64,000 nucleotides of DNA. Origin: an uncultured delta proteobacterium (GTDB lineage: Bacteria > Desulfobacterota > Binatia > Binatales > Binataceae). Positions 38,113 to 51,500 of the stretch are shown here, piece after piece. Where the stretch lies: positions 199,323 to 263,322 of the forward strand of contig CAWHTV010000003.1 of the NCBI GenBank assembly GCA_963832395.1, read 5' to 3'. The number at the start of each line of letters is the position of its first letter. Position 1 is the first letter of the stretch. Position numbers and translations under genes: made by a program. The notes beneath the pieces were generated by a model. It had not been told where the DNA came from and ran no database searches. It worked only from the letters and a program-made list of their open reading frames with translations.

Positions 38113-39897
38113 GACCCAGAACCTCCCTCCACAGATGAGTGAGCTGGAGTTCCAAAGCGTCTCGGGGCGCCACCAGCACTTTTTCCAACTCAGGCCTCGT
38201 TCGACCAGCCGCTGGCAGCGCGCGGCGATCCACCTTCCCGTTGAGCATCAGCGGCAGCGCGTCCAACAGCACGTACGCCGAAGGAACCATATACTCCGGC
38301 AGCTTCTGTTTCAGAAAGCCGCGCAGGTCATTAGCCGTGGGAAGGAGGTCCCGCTCGGCGACCACGTAAGCCACCAGCCGCTTTTCTCCAGGAGCGTCTT
38401 CCTGAGCCAGAACGACAGCGTCCCGAACGCCTGGGTGCTGGCCAAGCGTTGCCTCGATTTCCCCGAGCTCGATACGGAATCCGCGGATCTTGACTTGGTG
38501 GTCAACCCGGCCCAGAAATTCGATGTTCCCGTCAGGTAGATAACGAGCCAAGTCGCCGGTCTTGTACAGTCGTGCTCCCGGCTCGATGCTGAAGGGGTTT
38601 GGAATAAACTTCTCAGCGGTCAAATCGGGGCGATTCAGATAGCCCCGGGCCAGACACGCTCCGCCGATGTGCAGTTCACCGGGAACTCCAACAGGAACAG
38701 GGTTGCCGTACTTGGTCGAGAATGTATGTCTCTCTGTTGGCGAGGGGCCGGCCAATAGGAATTCTCTGAAAAGTCGCTCTCTCGAAGAGTCGAGGATCAA
38801 TTTCGAAGGCAGTTGCCGTTATAGTGGCCTCCGTCGGGCCATAGGCATTGAGTAGACGGATTGAATTCGCCGGTGTTCGCTGCCAGAGTTTGAGAACGTC
38901 GGGCAACAGGATGTCTCCGCCAACGGTAAACAGTCTGGCCTGAATGTTCGACGCCAGCTCGGGAAACTCCGCCCACTCTCGAGCCAGCTCTTGCCAGTAA
39001 CCGGTTGGAAGATTGAGTACCGTCAGTCCAAATTCCGAGATCTTTCTATGAAATTCCGCCGTATGCCATACGTCCGTGCCCATCATAACCAGCCGGGCTC
39101 CAACGATCAGAGTAGGCAGGATTTGCTCCAATGATAGATCGAAACTCAATGAAGCAAACTGGAGCACCCGATCACTCGGATCCAATTCGTAGTACCTTTG
39201 AATATCTCGGCAGTGAGCCGCAAGCGACGCGTGCGAAACGAGAACACCCTTTGGCTGTCCCGTGGATCCCGAGGTATAGATTACGTAAGCCAGATTTTCA
39301 GGTCTGGTTGAACTAATCGGGTTGCGCTCGCTTTCTCGGTCAATCGCCTCCCGCTCTGAATCCAGACAGACTATTGTCGCATCACATTCCGGCAGCGCCG
39401 CGAGCAAACGCTCCCGCGTCAATATCACCGGCGCTCGGGCCGTTTCCAGCATGAAAGCGAGGCGCTCTTTCGGATACGCTGGGTCCAGGGGCAGATACAC
39501 TCCGCCTGCCTTCAAAATGCCCAGCAACCCGACAATCATATCCGCCGAGGGCTCCAGGCAGATTCCGACCGGTATCTCCGGGCCCACTCCCAAAGCCTGC
39601 AAATGATGCGCAATTCGATTGGAGCGGCGGTTCAGTTCCGCATATGTCAATTGCTCATGCTTCAAAGACGACCGCTATAGCGTCAGGCGTTCGTTCGACC
39701 TGCGCCTCGAAAAGCTGCTGAATACACAGATCCTTCGGATAATCGATCTTGGTGTCGTTCCACTCGACAAGCAGTTGTTGTCGCTCTGCTTCGCTCAGGA
39801 TGGGCAGTTCCGACAGCCGCTCCTCAGGATTAGCGACCACAGCCTCAAGCAAGGTTCCGAAATGCCCGAGCATACGAGTCAATCGTGGCATCCTCAA
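38078..39897 (-). pseudogene. NRPS adenylation domain of the last module (in at least 3 frame pieces)
   Basis: The pieces are 39655-39897 (C-A linker, LFEAQVERTPDAIAVVFE), 38676-39665 (LTYAELNRRSN, YTSGSTGQPKGV, FDLSLEQ, NAYGPTE) and 38078-38800 ([49 protein letters not shown]). All core motifs A1-A10 are present. Confidence 0.88.
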
Positions 39898-41301
39898 ACA
39901 GGTCCTTGTTGTAGGCGAAGGTTGCGAGTCAGTCCTTGCTCGGTATCCGCGATATGCAGAGTCAAATCAAAGTGGGCGGTCCCGCTGTCGATCTCCACCG
40001 GACTTAGAGTCAAGCCTGGCAGCCCGATCGTTTGCAGCGACGCATTCTGCAACACGAACATCACCTGAAATAGCGGATTGCGTCCCAGATTCCGCTCCAG
40101 ATGTAATTCCTCCACCAGTCTCTCAAAAGGCAGGTCCTGATGCGCATACGCTCCCAGGCACACTTCCCGCACGCGCCGCGAAAGCTCCCGGAAAGTAGGA
40201 TTACCTGAAAGGTCAGTGCGCATAACCAGCGTGTTAACGAAGAATCCAATCAGTCCCTCGATCTCCAGCCGGTTGCGATTAGCAATCGGAGTGCCGACGA
40301 TGAGGTCGTCTTGATCCGTGTAGCGATGCAACAATATCTTGAACGCCGCCAGCAATGTCATGAACAGAGTAATCCCCTCCTGCCGGCTCAAGCGCCCTTA
40401 AACCTTCGCCGACCTTCCTCGGCAACAGCAACGATTGGATGTGAGCCCCGAAAAGTCTGCACGGCCGGCCTGGGATGGTCCGTCGGCAACTCCAACGGAG
40501 AGGCGCCGAGTAATTGCCGCTTCCAATAGGTAAGCTGGGTCTCCAGGACTTCACCCTGCAGCCACTGCCGCTGCCAATGCGCAAAGTCCGCATATTGGAT
40601 AGGCAGGTCAGGCAGCGGCGAGGATCTTCCGCCGGAGAAGGCTTCGTAGAGTACGGCCATCTCCCGGATCAGTATTCCGGTCGACCAGCCATCGGAAACG
40701 ATATGATGCATCGTCAGCAGCCCTACATGCTCCTCCTCTGCCCAGCCGCAAGCAGAGTGACCCGCAAAAGCGGGCCCCGGGCCAAGTTGAACGGCCTTTG
40801 GGCCTCCTCAATAGCCAGCCGTCGGACCTCGGCCTCCCGTCTCGCTTTCAGGCAGTTCCTGCAGATTCACTATCGGCGGTCTGACGGTCAGCGTTGGCGC
40901 GATAATTTGAGCCGGCCGCCCGTCCACTATCGTAAAGGTCGTCCGCAGGGATTCATGGCGCTTGACGATTTCGTTGATACTCTGTTCCAGCGCCGCCACG
41001 TTGAGCGGGCCCTTCAGGCGGACCGCGGCGGGAAAATTATAGGCGGAGTTGCCCGGCTCCAACTGATCGATGAACCATAGCCGCTGCTGGGCAAAGGAAA
41101 GGGGCAAATCTCCGTCTCGTGGAATAGGCAATATGGGCGGAGCCTGCAGCCTCTGCCCGGTCTCGCCGGGCTGCCTCGATACTTTCAGCCAGGCCCGCCA
41201 CGGTAGGCATCTCAAACAGACGCCGCAGCGGTATCTCCACCGCAAAGGCCTCGCGCATTCGAGACACAGCCTGAGTCGCCAGCAGCGAGTGTCCACCTAA
41301 C

Positions 41302-43054
<1,753 letters not shown>

Positions 43055-43059
43055 TCTCC

Positions 43060-44340
43060 AGCAACGTCTGAAACTGTGCGGCCAGGCGCTCGATATCTTC
43101 CATGTGGAACACGTTGCAGTCGTAATGAAGCTCGATGCTCAGCAGGTCCGCTTTTGAACACAGGACAACTTCAACGTGAACCGTTCGGTACAAGCGTGTC
43201 GCCTCTGAATCGCAAATGTCACATCGCCCGCGGAATACCGCACGGGCTGTTCGTCACAATTCGAAAATAACCGGGAAGAAGGGCGCACCGTCGCCAGTGG
43301 CATTCGAGCCGGCAACTGAATCCCAACTGAAAGTACTCCTGCCAATCGAGCGATTCCCGCGATCGACTCATTGACCTGCTTTAAAAGCTCACTGAAGTGA
43401 AGCTGTTCTTCCAGATGACACTGAAGCGGCACGGATTGCGCCAACAGTCCGGGTGTCTCTCTTAAGCTCATCGTACGTACGGCCATCGCCACAGATCGCG
43501 ACGAGGAAGTGCGATTGACTGGTGAGACGCCAGAGCAAATTTGCCAGCACGTCAACAAGATATACAGAAATTGACGTATCGTAGTTTCGAACCGCCGCTT
43601 TGAGTGCCATCGTCAGGTCGGTCTCGAGCTCAAACCTGAAAAATCGCGGATCGAACCCCGGCGTTGTCGGAACGGTGATTCTCAAAAGGGGAGAGTCAGA
43701 CGCGGGTACCGCCGAAAGATTTTGCTTGCCGCCAATAGTCTCTTCCTGCACTTTGTATCCTCCGACTCCAATAGTTCATTATCCATTGCGCGACATCGGC
43801 GTACTGCAGCGACGGAGCCGCTAGTGTTTCACCAACCAGGCAGGCTGAATAGCAACGGCTTAATTCGCGGACAAAAATCGTAAGGGTCGCCGTATCCGCA
43901 TAAAGAGCGCGATAGGGTAACAAACAACATGTGCTTGTCTGCCGACAGAGCGGCCAGCGACACATGCGCGGGCGGGCTCTTGTCCCGGTCAAAAGGCGCT
44001 TCGCTGGCAGCTTGCAAAAGCGATTCGAGTGCGGCCGTCGTTCGCGAGAGCTCCAGCCTACGCAGGTCGTGGCTGCTCGATGATGCGTCCGCTTCCGACG
44101 GTATCATCGCTTTCGGCATACAACCTGAACCGGGTGGTCGTTCCGGGCAGGCAAGCAATCGTGGTGCGAAAAATCTCATGTCGGGCGAAGACGCCTCGCA
44201 AAGCGGCTTCGAGCAGCTTATGTCAACAGGTCCTTCGATAAGAACCGCGCATTGAGCAAGATAAGGTGCGGCGTGGTCCGTCTGCTGCACCGACCACAGA
44301 TGCAATTGCTGAGGTGAAAGTCGAAACCCCTCAGATCATC
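43060..44340 (-). pseudogene. second, divergent condensation-family domain lacking the HHxxxDG histidines (many frame pieces)
   Basis: It begins FRLSPQQLHLWSVQQTDHAAPYLAQCAVLIEGPVD, then LEAALRGVFARHEIFRTT (alternate frame), ...APFDRDKSPPAHVSLAALSADKHMLFVTL, then (P)IALYADTATLTIFVRELSRCY at the place of the HHxxxDG motif (43894-43920). It continues SLQYADVAQW...YW, FELETDLTMALKAAVRNYDTSISVYLVDVLANLLWRLT, ...DGRTYDEL. The C-domain fold order is preserved. Confidence 0.7.
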
Positions 44341-44559
44341 GGGCTCGGGAGTTCGCACTTATCAATTGCCTGCTCAGTGTTTGAGCCGAGAAGAGGCTCC
44401 GTTGAAATGAGATGGGGCCGATCGCCCGGTGGACTGGGCATTCCATACCCGTCGCGCCATCACTACCCAGTTTGGATACGCTAATCGCCACCCGTCTCGC
44501 GAGTCTTCAGTCTTTGGAGGTTGGTCTCTCTATACTGTTGCCGGACGCCACCGTCGTTG

Positions 44560-45678
44560 CCTATCTATCCCGGCAAGTATGTCCCTTAGTGCATTCAACC
44601 TGGCATCGGGTTGTGTAGTGATATGGTGCAGAAGCGTTTCGAAGTGTCTTGCGATTCGCGCGATGGTAGCGGCATCGAACAGATCGCTGTTGTAGCGCAT
44701 GGAAATAGAAAGCGAGCGGGCCGTCTCAATATCAACATCACCAGATCGAGAGTGGCCGCCCGATGTTCCAAGGGCAAAGCTTCCAGCTCGAGTCCTCCTG
44801 GATTCATACGCAGTCCGCGCTCGCCCAGCGCGAACGCGGTGCTCCCTGTTCAGCTAGCTGATGCGGTTTATCCAGCACGAACATGACCTGGCACAGTGGC
44901 GGTCGGCTGAGATCCCGGGCCGGATGGAGTCGTTCGACCAGCAGTAGAGTTGGGTAGTCCTGATGCTCGAGCGCGGCCAGCACGGTTTGGCGCACCTGGC
45001 CTAGAAACGCCTCGAAGGCCGGGTTTCCGGAACAATCCGCTCTCAAGATGACGGGATTGGTGAAGAGGCCGACGACGCCTTCGAACTCGGCCCGACTCCG
45101 GCCGAGCACGGGAGAGCCCACCAGGATGATCCTCCTGACCAGTGTGGTGATGCAGTATCACTTGAAATGCGGCCAGGAGAACCATGTACAAGGTCGCGCC
45201 CTGGACCTTCGCGAGAGCTTTCAGCCGCAAGCTCAGTTCATCGTTCAAATTGAAATCGTACGAGGCGCCGCGATATGTCGGCACCGGCGGTCGCGGCCGA
45301 TCGGTCGGAAGCTCCAGCAAAGGCAAGTGTCCAGCCAATTGCTTCTGCCAGTAGGCCCAAAGCCGATCACCTTCGGGGCCCGCCAGCATTTCGGCCTGCC
45401 ATCGAACATAGTCGGTGTATTGCGAACCGAGCGCGGGCAGCAGCGCGGGTACGCCGGCCTTTTCCGCCGGATATAGCGCGCCGAGTTCACGTGAGAAGCA
45501 GCGCGAGGGACCAGAAATCGATCACGATATGATGTACTACCAGCAGCAGAACGTGTTCCTTTGCCGAGCAGGTGAACAGGTTCACCCGCAGTACAGGCCC
45601 TCGTTCCAAATCAAAGGGCCGATAGGCTTCCTCGAGCAGCCGGGTTTTCAGAATCTCGCTCGTCCCAGCCCGACGCAT
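44560..45678 (-). pseudogene. condensation domain following the PKS ACP (core and C-terminal half; at least 5 frame pieces)
   Basis: RPFDLERGPVLRVNLFTCSAKEHVLLLVVHHIVIDFWSL carries the catalytic motif at about 45508-45534. It is followed by YWQKQLAGHLPLLELPTDRPRP...YRGASYDF, LKALAKVQGATLYMVLLAAFQVILHHHTGQED, GSPVLGRSRAEFEGVVGLFTNPVILRAD, and ...ARIARHFETLLHHITTQPDARLNAL. Confidence 0.8.
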
Positions 45679-45684
45679 CGGTCT

Positions 45685-46368
45685 CTACGAAGTGGACGGC
45701 CGTAACTGCTGATGGACCCGTTGAGCGGGCTTGCCGGAGCGCACGGAAAAAGTGGTCCGCAGTGCAGGATGGCGATCGACCAGCGCCTGAAACGCGCGCC
45801 GCAAGGCCGGAATATCCACGTCGGAGCGGATGCGCGCGGCGAAGTTGACATTGTAGACCATGCTCTCCGGGGCGAGCTGGTACAGAAACCATATCCCTTG
45901 CTGATTGTAAGACAGCGGCTGAAACGATTGAGACGTCGGCGTCTTCTGACGCCTCTTTCCGAAGGAGCTGTGGCAAGCAGAGCGCGCTTTTCTCCTGGCG
46001 AAAGATCGGCGATTCTTTGGGAGGCGCTGCATCAGGATTCCACTAATTTCCGCTTTGTCCAACATATCGGCGAGCAGTGAATCCACTTCCTCATCCGAAA
46101 GCCGATCGAGTTTTGCCAACAGCTCTCCATTCGCCGCGCCGTTGCTGTACTCCTGCTGGCGTTGCGCGACCGTCGGGGCAGGTGGCGCCGATGACGCGGA
46201 AAGCTCCGCGGTCAATTGATCAAGGATCTGCGTGGCAGCCTGGGCAACGCTCGGTCCCTGGAGAAATTTGACCATCGGCACGTTCACGCCCAAGTCAACC
46301 GCGATCCGGTTCTTCAGCTCGACCGCCATCAGGGAATCCAGTCCGAGATTGCTGAGCGGCTGCTCCAC
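45685..46368 (-). CDS. PKS acyl carrier domain + N-terminal start of the condensation domain (ORF fragment)
   Basis: The ACP core is LSNLGLDSLMAVELKNRI. A long Ala/Pro/Gln linker follows, then the C-domain start QPLSYNQQGIWFLYQLAPESMVYNVNFAARIRSDVDIPALRRAFQALVDRHPALRTTF. Confidence 0.85.
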   Translation of the reverse strand: MEQPLSNLGLDSLMAVELKNRIAVDLGVNVPMVKFLQGPSVAQAATQILDQLTAELSASSAPPAPTVAQRQQEYSNGAANGELLAKLDRLSDEEVDSLLADMLDKAEISGILMQRLPKNRRSFARRKARSACHSSFGKRRQKTPTSQSFQPLSYNQQGIWFLYQLAPESMVYNVNFAARIRSDVDIPALRRAFQALVDRHPALRTTFSVRSGKPAQRVHQQLRPSTS

Positions 46369-46415
46369 GTCCAGCCTGGAAGCGGAAAGTCCGAGTACGC
46401 GGGCTACTTGTTCGC

Positions 46416-47546
46416 TCAGGTAGGAACGCAGCAGTTGAGAGCGCGCCGCGGGTTCCGCGGCAAAAGAGTTTCCCTCTTCTCTCCCGCATGGGCCGCCTGC
46501 GGTTGGACCTCGACCTCCTCATTAGCAAGTTGAGAGAGCAACGGCGATTCACTACCCACTGAGTAAAACTGGCGATACTGCCTCCAGTCGACGGGCACCG
46601 CCGCGACCTGGGCTGCGTCCTGCCGGAGCATCCGTTCCAGCACTTCCAGCGCCTGCCTGGGCGCCATACTCCTGATTCCCACTAGCGCGAGATGTGCTGC
46701 GAGACGCTTGCCCCCGGCCGTTTGCGCAAAGCCCAACTCGGCCCAGGCACCCCAGTTGACGCTCAGGGCCGGCCGGCCTTGGGCTTTTCGGTGATGCGCC
46801 AGGGCATCGAGGAAGGCATTGGCGGCGGCATAGTTTGCCTGGCCGGGCTGGCCCAGGAGCGAGCCCGCGGAAGAAAAGAGTACGAAGAAATCCAGCGGAG
46901 CGTGTTCGAGCAAGCGATGCAACAGCCAACCACCCATCACCTTGGGCCGCAATACGGTATTCAGCGCGGCCTGATCAAGCTGCGAGAGCAGTCCGTCCCG
47001 CAGTACTCCGGCCGCGTGCACTACGCCACGGATCGGCGGCCAACCCTCGGCGCTAAACTCTTCGAGAAAGGCGCTCAACTGTGCTTCATCTGCCACGTCC
47101 ACCGAGGCCAGATGCACGCTCGCGCCCAAGGCTTCCAGCTCTCGAATGGCACCGACTTGATGGGCCAAGCGGCTTCCCGCCTCTGCCGCGCTCCAACCCG
47201 ATCGCGGCGGGAGCTTCGTGCGTCCCAAAAGGATCAACCGCCGAGCGCCCTGCTCGACCATCCAACGGGCGACCGCGAGACCGAGGTCCCCGAGTCCTCC
47301 AGTAATCAGATAACTGCCGTCCGTCGGCCACGCGAGCGGAGGGCGTTGCGCCACGGACTGGCGTTTGCGTACCAGGCGCCCCACGTATCGCCGCCCCTGA
47401 CGAAACGCGATCTGATCCTCTCCATCGGGGTTGGAGATTTCCTCCCACAACCGACTAGCAACGGCGTCAGGCGGCGAGGCCCCGGGCTCCAGGTCGATCA
47501 GGCCTCCCCACGATGCGGCGTGCTCCTGCGCAATAACGCGACCCAT
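46416..47546 (-). CDS. PKS ketoreductase domain (ORF fragment)
   Basis: The Rossmann motif is YLITGGLGDLGLAVARWMVEQGARRLILLGR. The fragment also has SVDVAD...VVHAAGVLRDGLL (LxD of B-type KRs) and FFVLFSSAGSLLGQPGQANYAAANAFLDALA (catalytic S/Y/N region). Confidence 0.88.
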   Translation of the reverse strand: MGRVIAQEHAASWGGLIDLEPGASPPDAVASRLWEEISNPDGEDQIAFRQGRRYVGRLVRKRQSVAQRPPLAWPTDGSYLITGGLGDLGLAVARWMVEQGARRLILLGRTKLPPRSGWSAAEAGSRLAHQVGAIRELEALGASVHLASVDVADEAQLSAFLEEFSAEGWPPIRGVVHAAGVLRDGLLSQLDQAALNTVLRPKVMGGWLLHRLLEHAPLDFFVLFSSAGSLLGQPGQANYAAANAFLDALAHHRKAQGRPALSVNWGAWAELGFAQTAGGKRLAAHLALVGIRSMAPRQALEVLERMLRQDAAQVAAVPVDWRQYRQFYSVGSESPLLSQLANEEVEVQPQAAHAGEKRETLLPRNPRRALNCCVPT

Positions 47547-47639
47547 CCCCCAAAGAGGCGCCTGCGCTACATCAAGAGGTAGAGGGCTCTTCGCCCGCCG
47601 CCTGAGCCCCTCGGGTTACCAGCCATAGGCGCGGGAGCA

Positions 47640-48501
47640 TCACGCAGGTCGGCGTCGCGAGCCAGATCCTGTCGAGTCAGTTCCTGTCGGGCCAGTTCCT
47701 GAACCAACGGCAGCACGGCGCCGCAGCCCAGACTCTGGGCCTTCGATAGCGAAGCCGCGGTGGGTATCCCGCGGCGTAGAAGGATCAAGACAATCGAGAC
47801 TCCAGAGATGGACAATCCGCCGGCAGGCCGCCCGATTGGCCGGCATCGCCGCCTCGAAAAGCAGTCGGAGGTCTTCCGGCCTTTCTGGACGAATACGAAA
47901 ATGCCTACTGTCCGCGACCTCGTACGATTCGCCCCGAGCGACAAGGATGCTTTCCGCGCCTTGCGCTTCCAACAGTGCCGCCAGCGCTTCTCCTACGCCG
48001 CCGCGGTCGGCAAAGATAAGCCAGCTCTCTCTATCGGCTCGCGCGGAATGCTCCGCGGCTACTGGTTCATCAGCGCGTGGTTTGAGCTGCCACTGAAACT
48101 CATATAGCCAGTCGTTTATATTTTCTTTCCGTATATTTCCTTCCCGACTCGTTTCGACCGCGCGGTGCGCATGGCTGCCCAGGGATTCGAAGCGCAGTCC
48201 CGACAATCTCGACTACCGCTTGCCCGGCTTCATCCAGCAGCCGTACATCTCCTTTGACCGCATTGGCGTCTCGCTCTTGCAGATGGGCGTAACTCCATAG
48301 ATGCGGTTCCGGACAGCCGTGGACCCGGACCTCATCTATGTGCGTCGGCATGAAGATGTTCTGTTTGCCGTTTCCCGTTACCTCAGTCGCGACAGCGGCT
48401 CCAGCAACCTGCAGGCAGGCATCCAGGACCGCTGGATGAATCTGATAGGTACTGCATTCACCTTCAGGACATTGAGGAACACCGTATTTCACCGAGCACA
48501 T
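47640..48501 (-). pseudogene. PKS dehydratase C-terminal half + structural (pseudo-KR) linker, two ORF pieces
   Basis: 48100-48501 reads ...YQIHPAVLDACLQVAG... (the DH DxxxQ motif), then ...DVRLLDEAGQAVVEIVG. 47640-48206 reads WLYEFQWQLKPR...SWLIFADRGGVGEALAALLEAQGAESILV...RIVHLWSLD (KR structural subdomain). Confidence 0.8.
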
Positions 48502-51500
48502 CTCCGTCGTGCCACCACAACTGAGTAATGCTCTGGAGGAAGGAGCCGTAATGGATACCGTTTTCGCTCAGTCTCGCGTAATAGTCCTGTCCAGAGATCT
48601 TTTCCAGACATCGAGCCTGGATCTCCGCGAGCGTCTCCTGCCCTGCCGCAAAGACGCTGCCGTCTTCTTGGGAAGAAACTCCGCCCGTCGCATGCAGCGT
48701 CCATGATTTAGCGGGTTGGCCGATTCCCGCAGGGCAACTGTAGATTTGAAAAGCCGCCGCTCCATCCGTTCCGGAAGAGAGGATCAACTGAAGCAGGCGG
48801 GTTTCGTCGTCGGGCAAGAAAAGCGCCCGGTGAAATTCGATATCCTTCAGCACGAAGGATTGTGCCAGTGCGAAGGATTGTGCGCCGAAGGCCTCCGCCG
48901 CGGCCGCCAAGGCCATCTCCACGTAGGCCGAGGCGGGCAGCACCGCAACTCCTTCAATACGATGGTCATTCAGATAACGGCAGCGCGCGCTTGTCGAGCG
49001 TGACTTCCCAGAAGATGGGTTTCCGCAGGATGTGCCGATTTGAAATGCCGGCCCAGCAGCGGATGGTGCTCTTTCGTGCTGCGCGCTTTCCCCGAGCGCA
49101 TCCCCGCGCGTATCCGATAGATAGTCGGTTTCATCTGCCGCACTGTCCATCCAGCAGCGCTCTCGCCGCCAGGGATGCGACGGAAGCCGGACGCAGCGGC
49201 CTCCGGCCGGGTAAACAAGACTCCAGTCCACTGGGTATCCCAGGGTATAAAGCGCGCCGAGGGATCCAAGCATCACCGTGCGTTCTTCTTCATCACGCCG
49301 CATCGACGCCACCACCGCGCCTTCATGGCCGAGGTGATGAAGTCCCTGCTGGATGCCACTTAGAAGAATGGGATGCGGACTGATTTCAAGAAAAATGTCA
49401 TGTCCATCTTCCAGCAAGCGTTGAACCGCCGGTGAAAACAGCACCGGCTCTCTGAGGTTTCTCGCCCAATAGCGCGCTTCGAACTCGAGCCCACCGCTGA
49501 CCATACCGGTCACGGTCGAGTAAATGGGTATCGATGCGGGTCGCGGCTCCAGACCTTCCAGGGCCTGCAACAAATCCGCGCGTAGGGGATCCATCTGCGG
49601 GCTGTGCGAAGCGAAATCCACTTTCACCATGCCGCAGAAGATGTCTCGACGCCGCAATTGATCGAGGATTGTTTCCAGCGCCGCCGGATCTCCCGACAAC
49701 ACGGTGGAGGTGGGACTGTTGCTGGCCGCGATCGATACGCGATCTTCGTAGCCGGAGCCGGCGAGAACGCCGCGCGCCTGTTCCATGGAAAGCTCGACCG
49801 CGGCCATCGCGCCCTGTCCGACTGCGCGCCTGACCAGGCGGCTGCGATGACAAATAACCCGCGCCGCATCTTCGAGGCTCAGCGCACCGGCGACGTGCGC
49901 CGCCGCGACTTCGCCCATGCTGTGGCCGACCACGGCCTGTGGCTCGATACCCCAGGAACGCCACAAGGCCGCCAGGGCGACCTGAATCGCAAACAGGGCC
50001 GGCTGAACGATATCGACTTCGTTCAGCCGGGACTGAGCCGCATCGGTTGCCGTGAGCTCGCCGAGCAAAGACCAATCTCCGTACCGCCGCATCGCCCGGT
50101 CACAGCGTTCCACGACCTCGCGAAAAACCGGTTCCTGCTCCAGGAGGCTTCGCCCCATGCCAAACCATTGGGATCCTTGTCCCGGAAACACGAACACAAG
50201 TTTTCTTTGACGACCTGAATCCTTGCGGCCGAAAGACAGTCCGGGACGGGCCTCTCCGTGCAAAAACGCCTGGAGCCCTTCACTCAGTTGCTCGCGTGAA
50301 TAGCCTGTCACGGCGAGACGGTAGTCGTGATGATCACGCCGCATACCGGCCGTGTAACAAATGTCGTTTAGCGACAGTTCGGATTCCGGGGACGCCAGGA
50401 AATCCTGGTACGCTCGAGCAAGAGACTGGAGTGCCTCGGGGCTGCGCGCCGAAAGTGGCAGCAAGTGCGCGGACTTGGTATTGCGAATTTCGGCATGTGG
50501 ACTATCTATTGCGCATTCCGCACTCTGGATCCATGAATTGGACTGGGGGGCCTCTTCGAGAACCACATGAGCATTGGTTCCGCCAAAACCGAATGAGCTC
50601 ACCCCGGCCAGAGCGGGGCCCGACTCGACCGGCCATGGACCGAGCGTCGTCTGCACCCGCAGCGGGAGCCGATCGAAAGGAATGTGCGGATTGGGCTCCA
50701 CGAAGTGCAGGTTCGGCGGGATCTCGCGATGCTTGAGCGCGAGCGCCACCTTGATCAAGCCTGCAATGCCGGCTGCGGCCTCGAGATGGCCGATATTGGT
50801 CTTGACCGCGCCCAGGGCGCACGGTCTTCCCGGGGGACGGTCGAGGCCAAGCACCGCGCCCAGCGCCTTCACCTCGATCGGGTCGCCGAGCAAGGTGCCA
50901 GTGCCATGGGCTTCGACATATTGAACCCCGCCGGGCGAAACTCCAGCGCGCCGATAGGCTTCTCGCAGAACGGCTTCCTGGGCCAGCGGATTGGGAGCCA
51001 TCAGGCCGTTGCTGCGTCCGTCCTGATTCACCGCGCTGCCTCGCACGACGGCGTAAATCGGATCGGCGTCGGCCAAGGCTCTGGATAGCGGTTTCAGCAC
51101 GACGACACCGGCGCCTTCGCTGCGAACGTAGCCGTTGGCTCGGGCATCGAAGGCCTTGCAGCGGCCGTCGGGAGCCATGACCCCGGCCTTGGTAAAATTG
51201 ATGGTAATCGCGGGCGACAGGATCAGATTCACGCCGCCGGCAAGAGCGAGACTGGACTCTCCGTTCCAAAGACTGCGGCAGGCCAGATGAACCGCGACGA
51301 GTGACGAGGAACAGGCGGTGTCGATAGCCATGCTCGGCCCGCGAAAATCAAACAGGTAGGAAATACGATTGGCCGCGATACTCAGTGCGTTGCCGGTGCC
51401 CGCGTAGGCATCGATACGATGCGGATCGCCGAACTGAATCCGGCCATAGTCATTGTTCGAGATGCCGATGAATACACCGGCCCGGGTGCCGGCCAGACGC

